Shown: one piece after another, positions 25,111 through 37,339 of the stretch
How the letters are laid out: every line of letters starts with the position of its first letter
Numbering within the stretch: the stretch's first letter is position 1
NCBI GenBank assembly: GCA_030265395.1
Contig: JARFYF010000068.1
Coordinates: 6,418,634 to 6,482,633 of the forward strand
Direction: 5' to 3'
Source: Rhina ancylostomus
Lineage: Eukaryota
DNA length: 64,000 nt
The notes under the pieces: generated by a model
What the model was told of the DNA's origin: nothing
Database searches by the model: none
Seen by the model: only the letters and a program-made list of their open reading frames with translations
Program-made: the position numbers and the translations under genes

Positions 25111-26343
25111 AATTGTCACTGAGATTATGCATATCTGTAGGCCAGCAATACATATCGCAAATACGAAATGCGAAAAATAATATATCCCTTAAAGTATATT
25201 TTGTGCTTCGAGCTAATGGAAAATGCCGCTAAAAGTAACGTTGAGCACGGTGACTTATTGACAGCATTCCAAGGATGATGTTGAGTCAGTAACATTTATA
25301 TGGAGTTCCCGGAATAATATTATTATCACAAAGCCAACTTACATATTTACAGTTTTCCCTGATCCAGAAGGTATTATTTGCGACAGTAGATGGGGAGAAA
25401 ATAGGATGGGAGAGCTGAAGCTACGGCATTATTTAATGAAATCGGAAGTTGATAGCACTGGCATATAAACGGACTTTATGATGTTTTTCCAACAAAAATC
25501 ATCAGTATGCATATCAATTTATTGAATTATGCGCTCAAATGCTGAAGCTCATTTAATGCTAGATGATAAGAAATGTAGCTTATCTCAATAACTGTTGACA
25601 GTAACCAGCACAACCGCCATTAATGTTGTGCACGAGGAAGCGCCAGACAACAAGGAATGTCGATGTGGGTAAATCAAGAATTCCAGGAGGACGCGCATGT
25701 GGAGGACGTGCAGTGGGCCGCATGACGAGTTTCTGTGCGTTTTTATCTTGTAAGAAATGACTGGAACGCACTGACAGCTACCCGGTGGGTCCGTCACGAT
25801 GAAGAAAGAAACAGACGATGCCAGAGATGGGGAGAGAACCTGGGTTAAGGTTTCTGACCGATAACTTTCTTGAGAACTAGAAAGATTAAGAATTCTAAAC
25901 ATCCTCAGTTGCAGAGCGCTGTGTGTGTGTGTGTGNNNNNNNNNNNNNNNNNNNNNNNNNNNNNNNNNNNNNNNNNNNNNNNNNNNNNNNNNNNNNNNNG
26001 GGAAGGTGGTCGGGAGGGGCGCTGGAGATGGGTTAGAGCGTGACAGGGAGGAGATGAAGGGAAGCAGATGAAGAAAAGCTGAAGTCTTGAACGGGTGTTA
26101 GTGCCCGTTCCCCAGTTCCGATATAACCTAAAGGATGGACGTTTTCTGACGTTTCCTAGTTCTGATGGAAGGTTATTGGCTTGAAAAGTTAACAATCTTC
26201 CTCTCTCCACAAATGGTGAAACTGTTGCGCATTTCTATAATATCTCATTCTTATTTCAGATTTTCAGCATCTGCAACCTTTTTTGTGTTTACGAATTTAA
26301 TGTTTTGAATAGTATCAATTAGTTTTATATATTTTTCATTTAC

Positions 26344-26373
26344 CAGATGTCTTGCATCTGTTAACTAATGTCT
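26344..26373 (-). CDS. Microexon 25 (30 nt): ETLVNRCKTS
   Basis: ttctgtcttaatgtttctgaacgtcag|AGACATTAGTTAACAGATGCAAGACATCTG|gtaaat. Confidence 0.72.
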
Positions 26374-26807
26374 CTGACGTTCAGAAACATTAAGACAGAA
26401 CAAAAAAAAGTCCTCTGGAAACGCTTCATTTGAATGTACTTAAGAATGCAATCCTTAGCTTCCTTAGCTGACGGCATATCTTCATGGACCGATCATGTTA
26501 TTTTGGAAAATGGCGACAGAATTTTACCCGCGGGATATTGGGAATAACGTGATTGGAAACAGTATGGGTGATCTCATACTACGCGAGGCCAACTGGTAAC
26601 ACGGTCGGTTGATAAACCTGGAAGGTCGATGAGCAAGGTATTTGGCATTTACCTAATTTCCTTGTCCAACTCCAAATGTTTGATACTTTCAAACGAGCTA
26701 AACATTGAGGTGAAGCATATGTACGTTTGAATCTTCAACTGACCTGCACTGGTATTTTTAAATATTTCAATCATTGAAACATTGTGACACACGTTTTCAT
26801 AACTCAC

Positions 26808-26834
26808 CATCTTTCTCGGTATGTTTCTGAAGTT
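26808..26834 (-). CDS. Microexon 24 (27 nt): ELQKHTEKD
   Basis: gttcccattttcactctag|AACTTCAGAAACATACCGAGAAAGATG|gtgagt. Confidence 0.88.
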
Positions 26835-26950
26835 CTAGAGTGAAAATGGGAACAAATAATTTTTGGTTAATGTTCAGTTTGCAAAATTTTGAGTTCCTAT
26901 ATCCAAATATGCTTTGAAGCGGTACTTCAACTTGTATTGTTAGTGATTAC

Positions 26951-26977
26951 CTTCTTCTTTGAATTGCAACTCATTCT
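26951..26977 (-). CDS. Microexon 23 (27 nt): QNELQFKEE
   Basis: tttattttgttccaaaag|AGAATGAGTTGCAATTCAAAGAAGAAG|gtaatc. Confidence 0.85.
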
Positions 26978-27979
26978 CTTTTGGAACAAAATAAAAAAAT
27001 CAATAGGTTTTTTTGATCATTTTCCTTAACGATTTGAAAAAAAAACAAGACAAATACTTAGTTGTGCAGGCCACCACAACCCCAGAGTTCATTTCGGTGC
27101 CCCCGAACAAGCTTGAAAAGGCCAACACCAGGAGTGATGCTTGATAATGCATATCAATTGTTCTGCACATTTCCCCCTTTCTCACAAACAGTTTAATCAA
27201 ATCAGAGTTATCTTTTAAATTATTTTTATTTAAAAAAAACTTTTCTACGTAATCAATGACGAGCAGGAAGCCGGTTTATTTCCATCAGGATATCTTACTG
27301 AGCTCATGAGGGGACTGAAGTTCTCGTTGTTGGAAAGCAGTGAGAATACCATGTGGATGTGAGACACATTAAAATCGGCAGCAGAACTAATCTCAAATGT
27401 GTTTCTGCACAGGTAACAAGCTTTTACCACACATGTAAGCCAACTCTGTGATTCTACTAGACACTGACTTATAAGAAGTTCTGGATGAACAAGTCAACTT
27501 GTTTTGCTGATATTCACATAGAAATGTTTCTTCATAGAAATGAAGTTACTGACTTCACAACCTGATTTTTACTTTATAATAGCTAAGATCCCATAATAGT
27601 ACGGAACACTCAGAATCAGAATTATTATCACTACATATGATGTGTAATTCAATTCAACTCGAGTAATTAAATGTGTCATACTACTCTGCCGGTCATCCAG
27701 CAGTTCAGAGGGACGCGTCCACAATCATTCGCCTTTCCAGACTCCTGTTCCTGTGCACTGCAGTGTGGAATTACAGAACATTTGAAGGCCAGAGACGATC
27801 TACTCTGATTTCCTATGNNNNNNNNNNNNNNNNNNNNNNNNNNNNNNNNNNNNNNNNNNNNNNNNNNNNNNNNNNNNNNNNNNNNNNNNNNNNNNNNNNN
27901 NNNNNNNNNNNNNNNNNTTTCCTATGCACTTCCTGGCTCAGACTGAGTTCAAGAGAATCAGTAAGTAAGTGCCTCTTCG

Positions 27980-28160
27980 GTATAGGTATTGGTATTGGTT
28001 TATTATTGTCACTTGTACCGAGGTACAGTGAAAAATGTGCCTTACAAACCGATCGTACAGGTCAATTTATACACAGTGCAGTTACATTGAGACACTACAG
28101 AGTGCATTGATATAGTACAGGTAAAAACAATAACAGTACAGAGTATAATGTATAGTTAGT
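27980..28160 (-). mobile_element. Rex-type LINE or SINE 3' tail
   Basis: (GGTATT)n then GGTTTATTATTGTCACTTGTACCGAGGTACAGTGAAAA: a reverse AATAAA plus short-repeat tail. Confidence 0.6.
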
Positions 28161-28363
28161 GACATAGAGTTTAAATTTAAAAGTGTAGAACGATTACAGG
28201 AAAGGTAATGCGTAGATCTGTAGAGAGCAGCTTGCAACGTGTCGCCAGGCTCCGGCTTCATCTGCACCTAGATTTGGCCGGACTATTACTTCAAATTATT
28301 CAGTCACCTAACCAGCAAAGATTTTCATAAGGTTGATCGAAAGAACAACATCTTTTTTGACAA

Positions 28364-28488
28364 TAGTTTTTCTATGTTTCTATCTATGGGTAGATCTGGT
28401 AATTTCTAGGTTAGGGACATGTTCGGCACAGCTTTGTGAGCGGTAGGGCCTGAATTGTGCTGTAGTTTTTCTCTGTTCTATGTTTCTA
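28364..28488 (+). mobile_element. Very short HER1-type 3' end with tail-like sequence on both sides
   Basis: Matches 10600-10690 (TAATTTCTAGGTTAGGGACATGTTCGGCACAG). Confidence 0.8.
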
Positions 28489-29987
28489 GTTGACAGAGGA
28501 TTGATATTCGTCAACAATTAATTCATCACAACTTCAGTGAAAAGTTAAAGAGTTAAACATTTTATGTTAGTACATTGACGTTAATATCGTTGATTAATCC
28601 TCATACATTGAAATTGGTTTCAAATACATCCATCATCTCTTCAGAGGTTGATTGCGACCTTTAGAAACAGTGGGAAGGGCTTTTTACAGCATGATTTTTC
28701 AGAAGGACTTCAGAACAGTTGATGATTGAGAAATTCGTGATCGCCACGACCAGTCTCGTGGTCACTTGCGGAACACTCAGCTTTATGGACGTCACAGCAG
28801 TGAAGCCGACAGGAAATTGGAAGATGCGCGCCTTCAATGTGGTGGAACACTGGGCATACGGGGAGAGACAATGCGAGTTCAGAACCTTGGCAAGTGCCAT
28901 CCAGCCTATTGAACAATACCCAACGGCGAGAATTGTTAATTGTAAATATGGGTGAAAAAGACATAAAGGTATTTAATGCGTTGTGGATAAATTAATAGGT
29001 AATGCATATTAATCCCCTGTCAATTATCGTCATAAAATATATTAAGTAAAATACCTTTATTAACCTTCAGCTTCAAAGATAATGAGTAGACAGAGTAGAA
29101 AAACTTGCAGGCTATGTGACTGAGTACTTACTTTATAGTAAATAGTGTCTTATTACAGTAGCAGACAGACAGAGGCTTGGAATTTCGTGTTTCTTCCACA
29201 TCCGTTTTATTTGCGGAAGGATTGTCAATCATGCACTACAGATGTCAACGAGCAAACGCTAACATAGGATGGATAATCCGGTTGCTGACCGGTTTCGGAA
29301 CTGAAACGTTAATTCTTTTCTGTCATATTGCTCGTGATAACATCGTTCATAGATATTTAGAGGATGGGGTGATAGACAATTAGTTCTCGCTCATTATGAA
29401 TTCATTGGCACCACATTAAACCGAGTGAATTATTTACTGAGAAGACTGACGTTTGAAACAAAAAGAAAACGAACTTTAGTGGATTTATGCGCCAATGTGG
29501 CACTGGAGCGTGGCGACTCGTTGCAAGATGCCCTCTGCAGATTTATCCAGTTCTTTTATTATAATTGCTTTTTTAAAAAATCTAAATTCTTCGACTATAA
29601 GAATGACTTTATTATGCATTCCATTGTTTTCCCTTATACACTGCTGCAATGAAATGGATGGATGACATGAAAAACAAATTATTTTACTGTAGATCGGGAC
29701 ATGTCTCAATACTAAACCAATTAACCAATTAATGTGCCGCTTCAGTCATACTGTAGATGAATTCAATTATTTTGTATTTCATACTTAATTTTACTCACGA
29801 TATAGAAGGACGTCGTTCTGGCCATCGAGCCGATATCGGCTATCCAAACAACCCCATTATTCCCTTCCTGTCGTTATTTCTCTGTAACCTATTCGCTCTC
29901 TGAAGCACATTAATTTTCCACTGATATTCCTACTTCCCACTTATGCTGGGTGTAATTTATGAAAAGCCTTCAGTAGTCAGGTCTTAC

Positions 29988-30023
29988 GTGCATTCTTCAG
30001 GGCAGACTTGAGAGCTTCAGCCT
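29988..30023 (-). CDS. Microexon 22 (36 nt): EAEALKSALKNA
   Basis: gtttccctttgtcatttcag|AGGCTGAAGCTCTCAAGTCTGCCCTGAAGAATGCAC|gtaaga. Confidence 0.9.
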
Positions 30024-30393
30024 CTGAAATGACAAAGGGAAACATTGTCATACATTCTATTTTGAATCAAATACATTCGTTTTATGTTAGTATTAGCATA
30101 CAATAAAATTTCTTTCCCCGCATATTACTAAAAGTGAATAGTTCCCTGGCCTCGGAATGGAAATCAAAAGTTCGTCCAGGTTTTTTTCAGCTAAGTGGAT
30201 AACGTTATTTTCTTCTTCATTAATAATGAACACAATCAAGGAACGGAATAAATTCCCTGAAAAACGAAAGAGCTGTAAGAAATTTTTTACGCAGAGAAAA
30301 AATGAAATGTGGGATCACTGTGCATGTACGACTTCCAACACTCCTCGATATTAAAGCAATGGAAGGAGGAAATCACAACCGCTATCCATTTCT

Positions 30394-30988
30394 TAGAAAT
30401 AGGAATAGAACAGTGCAGCACAGGATGTTGTGCCGAAGTAATTAATCTAGTAATTAAACGGCTAACTAAGCTAATTCCTTCTGCCTACATAATATCCATA
30501 TCCCTCCATTCTCTGCACACTCATATGCTTATCTAAGAGTCTCTTAAACGCCTCTATCGCATTTGCCTTCACTATTACCCCGACCACGTTTTCCAGCCAC
30601 CCACCACTCTCTGTAGAAAAAACCTTGCCTTGCGCATCTCCTTTGAACTTACCCCCTTTTAACTGAAATGCATGTTCTCTTGTATTAGACATTTCAACGC
30701 TGAGACAAAGATACCGGCTGCTTACTCTATTAATTCCTCTCATAATCTGTCAGGTCTCCCATCAGCCGCCGCCGCTCCAAAGGAAACATCCCAAGTTTGT
30801 CCATCTTTCTATTTAAACACATGCTCTCTAATCCAGGCAGCATCATAGTAAACCTCTTCTGCACCCTCTTAAAATACTCTACATCCGTCCGATAATGGGG
30901 CAACCAGAATTGTATCAAATACTCCAGATGCGGCCCAACTCAATTCCCCGACGGACAAAGGCAAGAATGCACATGCCTTCTTTACCAC
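30394..30988 (-). mobile_element. CR1/HER1 LINE 3' portion
   Basis: Encodes QFWLPHYRTDV...RVQKRFTMMLPGLE and AFKRLLDKHM. Confidence 0.88.
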
Positions 30989-31099
30989 TGTTACGAACCA
31001 GCAACAAAAGAAACACACCGAAACATGTATAAGTGTTAAAAACTACTTTATTAATCACTACTTATGATAATAAGAAAAATAAAAGTAAAAATGTTAGAA
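30989..31099 (-). mobile_element. Probable LTR end (TGTTA terminus) inserted into the CR1; remainder in gap
   Basis: Abrupt switch from CR1 sequence to TGTTACGAACCAGCAAC; reverse AATAAA at about 31047-31052. Confidence 0.5.
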
Positions 31100-31550
31100 N
31101 NNNNNNNNNNNNNNNNNNNNNNNNNNNNNNNNNNNNNNNNNNNNNNNNNNNNNNNNNNNNNNNNNNNNNNNNNNNNNNNNNNNNNNNNNNNNNNNNNNNN
31201 NNNNNNNNNNNNNNNNNNNNNNNNNNNNNNNNNNNNNNNNNNNNNNNNNNNNNNNNNNNNNNNNNNNNNNNNNNNNNNNNNNNNNNNNNNNNNNNNNNNN
31301 NNNNNNNNNNNNNNNNNNNNNNNNNNNNNNNNNNGATTAACAGTTCCTTGTGCTGAATTGTTGACCCTTGTGAACTCAACAAGACCGTGAGCCAACATCT
31401 ATTCGACTTGATTCAATTGACATCACAGTGATAATTGTCAATACGCCCCATTGTACTCTTGAGGTGCATTGAGGTGTTTTGATAACCTTTGAATCATTAG
31501 GTCGAAACTTACAGTTTATAAGTCCTCCATGTCATTTTGTATTTACATGC

Positions 31551-31577
31551 CTGATTTCACTGCGTGTAGATCCTTCT
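31551..31577 (-). CDS. Microexon 21 (27 nt, GC donor): EKDLHAVKS
   Basis: ttttcatatttcatattttcag|AGAAGGATCTACACGCAGTGAAATCAG|gcatgt; very strong acceptor; only the GC donor gives a 3n length. Confidence 0.68.
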
Positions 31578-31675
31578 CTGAAAATATGAAATATGAAAAT
31601 TAAAATGCTAATTATATATGACGAGGCAGAAGAAATCTTAGTTTGCAGTTATCTTTAATTATTTTGCGTTCTTAC

Positions 31676-31696
31676 CGCATTCTTGCACCGTTGTAC
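31676..31696 (-). CDS. Microexon 20 (21 nt): GTTVQEC
   Basis: ttgatgtttgtttttag|GTACAACGGTGCAAGAATGCG|gtaaga. Confidence 0.82.
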
Positions 31697-32259
31697 CTAA
31701 AAACAAACATCAATAATATGGCACATTATTCAATGAGAAAAATTTCCCTGGTTCGTGTTAAAACGAGATGGTACTCTGTTTACAGTTAACACAGTTGAGA
31801 CGAATTAACATTGTCATGCATTTACATGCTTCTCCTGTCCCATCCTCCCCCAGCCAATCCCAACCGTCGATGCACAATGGCTGGGAGAATTTCATATAAA
31901 TGTAGTTAACGTTTGTCCTACCGAAACTGTGAAATTGGGTCCTTCCTCATTTATGAATTGAAAATCAATCCTGATATTGTTTTTTTGGGTTGGGAGACTT
32001 TACATTTATGTAGCATGATGAAGCAAAGGGGTTAATTTTATTTTGTTACAAACGAACCCTCTTGTTTTGTCATTGCCAATACGTTCCATTAATTGTAAGA
32101 ATTCAGATTTTGCACTGTTGAATTATTACCTTATGTTTTCTAATTTGAGGTTATACTCAATGCAACAGTGTCAAGATTAAGTTCAATTGGTCATGCTGAA
32201 TACCAGAAAGAAAGGAAAAAGGATTGTGGAAATTGCGTTCTTCTGATAATTTTACTTAC

Positions 32260-32286
32260 CCTTCTGTCGACGAAGTTCTTCAAGTT
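32260..32286 (-). CDS. Microexon 19 (27 nt): ELEELRRQK
   Basis: catgttttttttag|AACTTGAAGAACTTCGTCGACAGAAGG|gtaagt. Confidence 0.9.
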
Positions 32287-33396
32287 CTAAAAAAAACATG
32301 TCCATATATTAAATTATATTGCTTTAACTCTAATTGCACGCGTTTTCTTGCATCTTATTTCCGCATTAGCAGATAGTAGTCAATGTTAAAACTAATTCTT
32401 CTATCTCTACTGCCCGGTGCAGATTGGATGGATGACTGAAACATATACTATTGCACTGAATGCAAAGCCAGTGAAAATAAATAGAATTCGTGTGTCTGTG
32501 TGCTCTTATTTACGTGAATTGAGGAAACCTAATTTCAGGGGTTCCTCTGCCCCTCTCTACTACAGTATTCACCAATGTACATCCTCCTTCTCATGTTGAA
32601 CCTCTAGTTTCTATTGCCCCAACGTTCCATTGGTTGAGGGAACACTACTGTACAATCGAACAAATTTATGATTGTCTTTTTTAATTAAAAGGCTGCACCG
32701 ATAATAAATGCTTTACTTGGCTTGATTATTCTAACTAAACATCCCTATTTGGTTTTTGTCAACATAGCATGAAAAAAATAATTGCTTCACGCGTTCACCC
32801 CTCTTTCCTTTGTTCCTCATTTTGTTTTTTAGAGTATCTTTTTGTCGTTGTCACCAATGTTTCCCCCATTTATGCAACCATTTATTTCCCGACATGACAA
32901 AATACTGGTCAAACATCGTCTGGATGTTCAAGACTGGAGGTCTGAGTTTGATAAATTTGGGGTCTTAGTGGATGACTGATTGTTGTCGGTCTGAAAATTC
33001 TTTTTAATTGGCTTGTGTGTGTGGAAACCAGCAACAATGGATACGTTTTTGAAAGAAAACCACTCCTGGAGGATTACAGGGGATGAAGAAAACAGTTGTG
33101 GCTAATTCTGTTGACATTAAAGTTTCTGAAAATTCGAAGGTTAAATGTTATGATAGACTAAGCAATGGTAGAACAAGGATGATAAGCAAATATGAAATGA
33201 GNNNNNNNNNNNNNNNNNNNNNNNNNNNNNNNNNNNNNNNNNNNNNNNNNNNNNNNNNNNNNNNNNNNNNNNNNNNNNNNNNNNNNNNNNNNNNNNNNNN
33301 NGAGAGAATTAATTTTGTTTGAAAATGGATAAAATGGAAGTATGAACACGTGATATGACACATAGTCACATGGAAGGCTCGTCGGATAATTTTTAC

Positions 33397-33423
33397 CTTT
33401 ATCTTTCAGTCGCAACAGTTGCA
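33397..33423 (-). CDS. Microexon 18 (27 nt): VQLLRLKDK
   Basis: gcttccatgttcacag|TGCAACTGTTGCGACTGAAAGATAAAG|gtaaaa; paralog of exon 14. Confidence 0.9.
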
Positions 33424-33586
33424 CTGTGAACATGGAAGCAAATTATACATTAAGAGACTTGAAGACCACGACTTTCAGTCACATGGAATGCATCTGGCTT
33501 GAAAATGTCTGGTTAAAAGATACTTTTATCACAGAAAACATAGGTCATAAATACTTATCATTTCAATGGAGTGCACTGAACCTTAC

Positions 33587-33622
33587 CGATATCTCTTTGA
33601 ATAGCTTCCAGTTTATCTTGGT
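33587..33622 (-). CDS. Microexon 17 (36 nt): DQDKLEAIQRDI
   Basis: atatcctatatttcag|ACCAAGATAAACTGGAAGCTATTCAAAGAGATATCG|gtaagg; paralog of exon 13. Confidence 0.9.
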
Positions 33623-34099
33623 CTGAAATATAGGATATATCACTGTTTCTCATTCGAGTGTGCATTGAAGGTAGTCTACGTTTGATGGTCACGATAAAGT
33701 TCAGAGCGGCAAAATAAATGCAAACACAGACAGATTTTTTATAGGGACAAGAACAGCTCAGAGAGAGATGTGAATAATTCCAAAATGGAAAATTTACCAG
33801 TGGGAAATCTACAGGCGTGATACAGGCACAGAAGAAGCAACTTCGGGAAGGGGAATTTAATGTATATTGTTGAATAGTACATACTTTTTAATTGTTTGTA
33901 CAGCGTATAAATATCAGTACTTTTCGAGAAAATGTCTTTTCCTCATTTGTTTATGTCAAATTCAAATGTCTTGAAGTATCATTAGTTAATAGCCACATTT
34001 CAGAACTGTGTGGCACCGGATGCGAAGAGCCATCGGTGTTGTGCTGATGGGACTTCCGCTGGAATATCGCACTTCGCCCGTGGGGCCTCTCAGGAGTGA

Positions 34100-34510
34100 A
34101 ATGTTAGTGCAAGAATGGAGAGCATATGTTTATAGTGTGAGTGTGTGTGGTTGGGGGGGATATTCAATAGGAAATTGAGGGGTAACTTTTTCATGCAATA
34201 TATGGCCAGTACATGGAATGATCTGCCCAAAGAAGTGGCTGAGGCAGGTACATTAACAACATTTAAATGGCAATTGGACAACTGCATGGATAGGAAAGTT
34301 TTAGATCGTTATGGGTCAAACGCGGGATGGGACTGCCTTAGATGGGAATCTTAATAGGCATGGACCAGTTAGACTGAAGGACCTGTNNNNNNNNNNNNNN
34401 NNNNNNNNNNNNNNNNNNNNNNNNNNNNNNNNNNNNNNNNNNNNNNNNNNNNNNNNNNNNNNNNNNNNNNNNNNNNNNNNNNNNNNGGACCTGTTCCCTT
34501 GCTGTATGAC
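34100..34510 (+). mobile_element. CR1/HER1 LINE 3' end
   Basis: Encodes RGNFFMQ...WNDLPKEVAEAGTLTTFKWQLDNCM. Confidence 0.82.
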
Positions 34511-35217
34511 TACATTAGTCGATGATTGTAACTCAGGTCGGATCAGACATGATCGGGACGAATTCAGCTGTCGTGATTTGCTGCATGAATTCGATAGGTC
34601 TCTAAGTTCCTCGAGTTATGCAACAGAAGAAGACGATTCCACTCTATGTGTTCTTGGTTATTTCTCTTCCTGATTTTTAATTTACTCATATTTGGCAACA
34701 ATATCGTCATATATCTTGACCCAAAGTTCCGCAATTTCCTTCAAGTAGATCACCATCTGTCCAGGTCTGCCAATCTCTTCTAGTCTCTGAATTAAATGTG
34801 CTCTCTTGATCAAATGTCAGTACTCGTGTGTCATGTTGGCACATTTCTGTAAGGAAACGGCTACACGTGAATAGTACTGATTATCGTTGTGTTCTATTTT
34901 ATGAACTTCATATTGAAATAGAGTAATGCCCATTCAGGAAAAGTAGCTCTTCTGTAATTTACACTTACATTTGTGACATGAAATATCAAATGATAAATGC
35001 ACAGAATTGTATTTTCAGATCTTCATTCCGTTATGGATTGCCCTGGGTACCTTTACTGAACCTATGTGCCGACTACTAGCATGTTCAGACATTAATAGCA
35101 TTTATGATCTCAAATTAAGTAACAGTAGATAACTTGTTTCCGAAAGTGAATTATTATTCAATCAAAGGCAGAGGGAATAGAATGCAATGGAAAGAAAACA
35201 CCCGGAAGTTAATTCAC

Positions 35218-35241
35218 CTGTTGCGCAATTTTCTTTCGAAT
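35218..35241 (-). CDS. Microexon 16 (24 nt): DSKENCAT
   Basis: gtgttttctctttcag|ATTCGAAAGAAAATTGCGCAACAG|gtgaat. Confidence 0.8.
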
Positions 35242-35969
35242 CTGAAAGAGAAAACACTGTTAGAGTAGTCGTTCTGCAATTTTCTTTTTAACAATTCTTC
35301 ATCCAGATTGAACTCTTCATCAGTGTGGAATAACGCGACCAAAATGACACCTTTCACACATTTACCTTTATATCACAACTCGTAAAGCATACTTCTAAAC
35401 TGAGGATTAACGATTGTATAAATGAACACTCCTATGATCTTTTGTAGTCCATTGGGCCCCAGTCATTGCCAAACAGGTTTGTGAGTCGCCCTCACTACTT
35501 CCACCTTTTAGCCTTCTCTTAGAGGCCTAATGGGGTGGAAGTTGGCGGCTTTTGGAGTTGCAAAGTAGAAAGCGATCGGTGGACCTTGTATCCCTACTTC
35601 TGCACTGTCCGAAATTATTTTTTGACCTGATGTTGACATTGAGTGTGTTTGAACATTTTTAAACATCTCTCGTGATTATAGCTATGTAAAAATGTGTCCA
35701 TAAACTTCCATAATTTGAGTTGTAACATATCTTCAATGTTATTAAATAATTAAAACGCTCCATTTGCCTCAATAAATGCTTACAGGCGGACAATTAAAAT
35801 GTCAAATAAGAGTTAAAAAATACGTAACTCTCAAATATATTCTACTCGCCCACTTTGTATTCGTGAATAAGATGGTGATACATATGCCAGCATTTTGCTG
35901 AATAACCTGACGAAAACAGTCCCTGGATTCTGTCTTGGAGGGGTCGATCTAACGGTCTCCGACTTTTTG

Positions 35970-36320
35970 AGAACCTCTTAACACCACAGAACAGAGCTCC
36001 CCGGCGCACAAGTCTCTACCGCCTATGTGATCATTCGCATCAACCATATTGCTGAACTTATTTCACTCGAACCTATTCTCCCATAAACGGCCCCCTCCGT
36101 CCTCGATACTTCTGCCAAACACCTATACACAGAGCAATTTGCATCGGCCAATTAACATACCATCCAGTACGTCTTTAAGATGTGGGTGGGGGAAATAACC
36201 CACCCACCCCCCAGGATATACCCATCTGGTCACAGGGCGGACTAACAAACAGCAACTGAGTTCAAGATCGAACCTGGAACACTATAGTTGTGCAGCATTG
36301 GCATTAGTTGCTGCCCATTA
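35970..36320 (-). mobile_element. Degenerate V-SINE-like element (similar remnants near 29800-29960, 40680-40900 on +, 55330-55650 and 55860-56020)
   Basis: GTACGTCTTTAAGATGTGGG...GGTCACAGGG...GATCGAACCTGG (reverse B-box). Confidence 0.55.
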
Positions 36321-37312
36321 TGTCGCCGGCAGATTCCGACTTGCTAGCTGCAGTATTCAAAAACATGTTGGGCATTGCTCCGCATTTAGATGGTGGATCT
36401 CCAAGGAATCAACAGCCGAAGGTCAATAAAATTCTCCTAATGTTCAAATGTCACGGGATGTCGCAGATTACCAAGCGACCATTGAATTTACGCGGAGAAT
36501 AACGTTGAAGTTATACCTCGTTATATCCAAATCATAAACATTAGTTAACCATAAACCGCGGCAGCACATTCACAACCGCCCGGTGATTCGATGAACATTG
36601 ATGATATCTTCAAATATTCATCCGACCAACCCCTACCAATTTATGTTCATAATTGAAAACCCTTTTAAATGCTGTCATACTCGAACGAAAACAAAGTACG
36701 CAATAAGTACACACGAGCTCATGTATCTTTTCCATATTCACCGGAACATGAAAGTTGATTTATCCCGATATGAAGTGATTATTGTCTTCTTCTTTCGTAT
36801 GCCATCTCAATTTGCGATTACAACGAGTTTGACATGAAGCTCACCATTACTCTCTTATCTCATAATTTGAAAATAAACGACATTTGTCTTCATGGACTAG
36901 GGCATTAAATGAAATGATCCATTGGAATTTGATCTTGCTCCATTTAACAAGGTTTCCCCAATCTCTTACGCCACTTTGCGTCATGACATTCCCAGCGATA
37001 GAAATAATCTTTTACATTTCCATGCGCATGGAAGCTTTAGCTTGCTGCCAGAATTTAGTATGAATTCGTTATGCCTTTAGAAAAATAAACTTCCTTTCGA
37101 CACCAATACTCAGGGAAAGCAGAACAAAAGCGACAGAAAACATAATGGAAATTGGGGACGCACTTTTCTAGAATGCAGCTGAAATGTATTAAACACTCTA
37201 AAGCCTTAAACTGCATGTTCAATTCCGAACTACTTTCCAATCAAATAAAAAGGAAGTGCTTTTTTAAATGTTATAATAAAGTAATCTTGTGTTTTATTGA
37301 GTTATTACATAC

Positions 37313-37339
37313 CATTCTTTCTCAGCAGTTCTTTAATTT
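37313..37339 (-). CDS. Microexon 15 (27 nt): EIKELLRKN
   Basis: gcatttatttgtag|AAATTAAAGAACTGCTGAGAAAGAATG|gtatgt. Confidence 0.88.

Noticed and set aside
28719-28955. CpG-rich plus-strand ORF that looks coding
   Set aside because: No recognised homology and no consistent plus-strand exon chain
32751-32800. GGTTTTTGT nonamer as a possible V(D)J recombination signal
   Set aside because: No heptamer at 12- or 23-bp spacing and no V, D or J segments nearby
35366-35399. Donor AAG|gtaaat with nearby AGs
   Set aside because: The possible lengths (26, 29, 34 nt) all shift the frame
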